Below, piece by piece: positions 62,412 to 64,000 of a DNA stretch of 64,000 nt (the first letter of the stretch is position 1; each line of letters starts with the position of its first letter). Both the position numbers and the translations under genes were made by a program. Under the pieces are notes generated by a model, which was not told the DNA's origin, did not search any database, and saw only the letters and a list, made by a program, of their open reading frames with translations. The stretch comes from Desulfatiglandales bacterium (lineage in GTDB: Bacteria > Desulfobacterota > DSM-4660 > Desulfatiglandales > Desulfatiglandaceae), in assembly GCA_963662465.1 (NCBI GenBank), contig OY759599.1, positions 3,712,001 through 3,776,000 of the forward strand, written 5' to 3'.

Positions 62412-62957
62412 TTAGTTTGCGTATTGATATTCCATGACATCATAATTTCCGTCCTGTTTAATCGTGTATATCTTTGCCGATTTCTGACTGCTTTCCTGGG
62501 AAGAATGCTTCATTTTGTAGTAGGCAATATCGTTGCTGGTAATGCCATCGATCCCCACAAACTCCCTTTCAAGTTCTTTAAGACTGTCAAACCCGCTTCC
62601 AAAAAACGGCAGCTTGGAAAAATAGGGCTGTGGGCTTTTTATGTCCGCCACAACGGCAAAATGGCTTGGAAACATCGGATCCCCTATGACCAGAAGAAAT
62701 TTATCCGCGGATTTTGCAATCTGATAGTCAGGCGGAATTTTTTCTTTTTGGATCTCAAAAAAATATTCCCGCAAAATGGATCCAGCCTCCACAAAATCTA
62801 CGTCATCTGCGGATAAAAGATCCGAGCACGAAAAAAAACCGAATACATACAATGCAATGCTGAAACTGCTGATCTGTTCATAAATGGGTTGTTCTCTATC
62901 GCACATTGTTGTGATTTCTTTCATTCGTTCTTTAATAAGAAGCCCGTTCCGATTCAT
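62412..62957 (-). CDS. Hypothetical protein upstream of gdhA
   Basis: ORF with an RBS (AAGGGGG) before the ATG at 62957, downstream of a sigma54 promoter. Confidence 0.65.
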   Translation of the reverse strand: MNRNGLLIKERMKEITTMCDREQPIYEQISSFSIALYVFGFFSCSDLLSADDVDFVEAGSILREYFFEIQKEKIPPDYQIAKSADKFLLVIGDPMFPSHFAVVADIKSPQPYFSKLPFFGSGFDSLKELEREFVGIDGITSNDIAYYKMKHSSQESSQKSAKIYTIKQDGNYDVMEYQYAN

Positions 62958-63057
62958 GATAATCCCCCTTCTCTCCAAATGGATCATGCTAATGCCTTCT
63001 GTACAGGAGACTGTTGCAATAGCCTTTGTACGAGTAACGCGTCTTAACAAGAAGCAG

Positions 63058-63074
63058 AGCAAGAGACATGCCAA
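63058..63074 (-). promoter_or_regulatory. sigma54 -24/-12 promoter
   Basis: TTGGCAT-GTCTC-TTGCT, near consensus. Confidence 0.7.
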
Positions 63075-63354
63075 ATTCAAAGAAAAAGAATGTGCGATGT
63101 AACACATTTAAATTATGCAATAATTTGCAATCTTATCGTAACTGCGCCGATAACGGTGGTAAAAATTCAATCTGCTTATTTTGTGTCAGGACTTGAATTT
63201 TCCGGGATGAGCTCTGTAGAAAAGGATATACGGAGGGATTCGACAATATGTTCAAAATTTGCACAGGATGGTGGAAATACAGCACGGAATCGAAAAAAGG
63301 GGGGTTCATCAGGTTTTCTGTAACAAAAAACAAGAAGTTCATTGACAAAAAAAC

Positions 63355-64000
63355 TTAGCCCATTTTCGGGTCTGGGACGTTTTGATAGCGCTTAATCTTT
63401 CGAAGCAGTGTTTTGTAGTCAATCCCAAGCCTTCTGGCGGTTTCGCTTTTGTTGCCGCCCGTCTGGATCAGGGTTTGCCGGATGGTTTTTTGTTCGATAT
63501 CGTCTCGGATGCGGCCGATGGTTATTTTGAGGGGTTCTTTGCCCTCATAGGGTTCAGAAAACGGGGAGGGTTTTTCTATTGGCTCATCTGCCGGATGAGT
63601 ATTGAGGGTCAGGTGAACCGGTTCGATGGCCATGTTCTCTTCGCACAACAGCACGCTTTGGCGGATAGCGTTTCGCAGTTCCCGAACGTTTCCCGGCCAA
63701 GCATAGGCTGATAATGCCGCCAATGCTGCTTTGGACAGCCCGGCACATTTTTTGTTCAGCTCCTTTTCCACTTCAGTTTTAAATTTTGTGGCCAGATAGG
63801 GGATATCTTCGGTCCTTTCCCTGAGAGCGGGAATTTTGATGGTAAATTCATTGAGGCGAAAATAGAGGTCCGATCGAAACTTGCCGCTTGCCACATCCTT
63901 TTCGAGGGACTGGTTGGTCGCCGCCACGATGCGACTTGAAATGGGCGTCGGTTCTCCACCTCCCAGGCGTTGGATCTTTCGTTCCTGAATCGTTCGAAGC
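63355..64000 (-). CDS. sigma54-dependent transcriptional regulator, 5' partial
   Basis: AATN, FRSDLYFRL, WPGNVRELRN, Fis-type HTH GNKSETARRLGI; runs off the window edge. Confidence 0.88.
   Translation of the reverse strand, partial: LRTIQERKIQRLGGGEPTPISSRIVAATNQSLEKDVASGKFRSDLYFRLNEFTIKIPALRERTEDIPYLATKFKTEVEKELNKKCAGLSKAALAALSAYAWPGNVRELRNAIRQSVLLCEENMAIEPVHLTLNTHPADEPIEKPSPFSEPYEGKEPLKITIGRIRDDIEQKTIRQTLIQTGGNKSETARRLGIDYKTLLRKIKRYQNVPDPKMG

Noticed and set aside
62958..63107. Longer start for the ORF upstream of gdhA
   Set aside because: It would include the sigma54 promoter; the RBS supports the ATG at 62957

Overview
Bacterial chromosomal window, probably from a Desulfobacterota (deltaproteobacterial) organism judging by gene content. 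Core genes flank it: TRAP permease, rhlB, rpsA and rlmKL on the left; hemC, ispD, SPFH/NfeD, UDG, coaBC, a two-component system and gdhA on the right. Between them lies a ~36 kb accessory region (~10.3-47 kb). First, a candidate defence operon encodes a hypothetical protein, two BrxD/DUF2791-like ATPases and a ~1900-aa Lhr-like SF2 helicase fused to an Fe-S PD-(D/E)xK nuclease and a DNA2/UPF1-like SF1 helicase. It has no PglX or PglZ and is interrupted by a DUF1778-GNAT toxin-antitoxin pair. Second, a decayed integron has an intI relic, an attI-like site and two attC sites, with cassettes encoding an IS91-family HUH transposase, a double-CHAP protein and an M23 peptidase. Also present are a putative sigma54 operon (HATPase-GNAT, HisC-like aminotransferase, GNAT, adenosine deaminase), an intact DUF4338-ISAs1 element with a 10-bp target duplication and an A-AAA-AAG slippery site, a MazEF-like pair, a xanthine-dehydrogenase-family operon and several IS relics. 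Three single-base homopolymer frameshifts may be sequencing errors. All family calls come from motif recognition by eye, not database searches.
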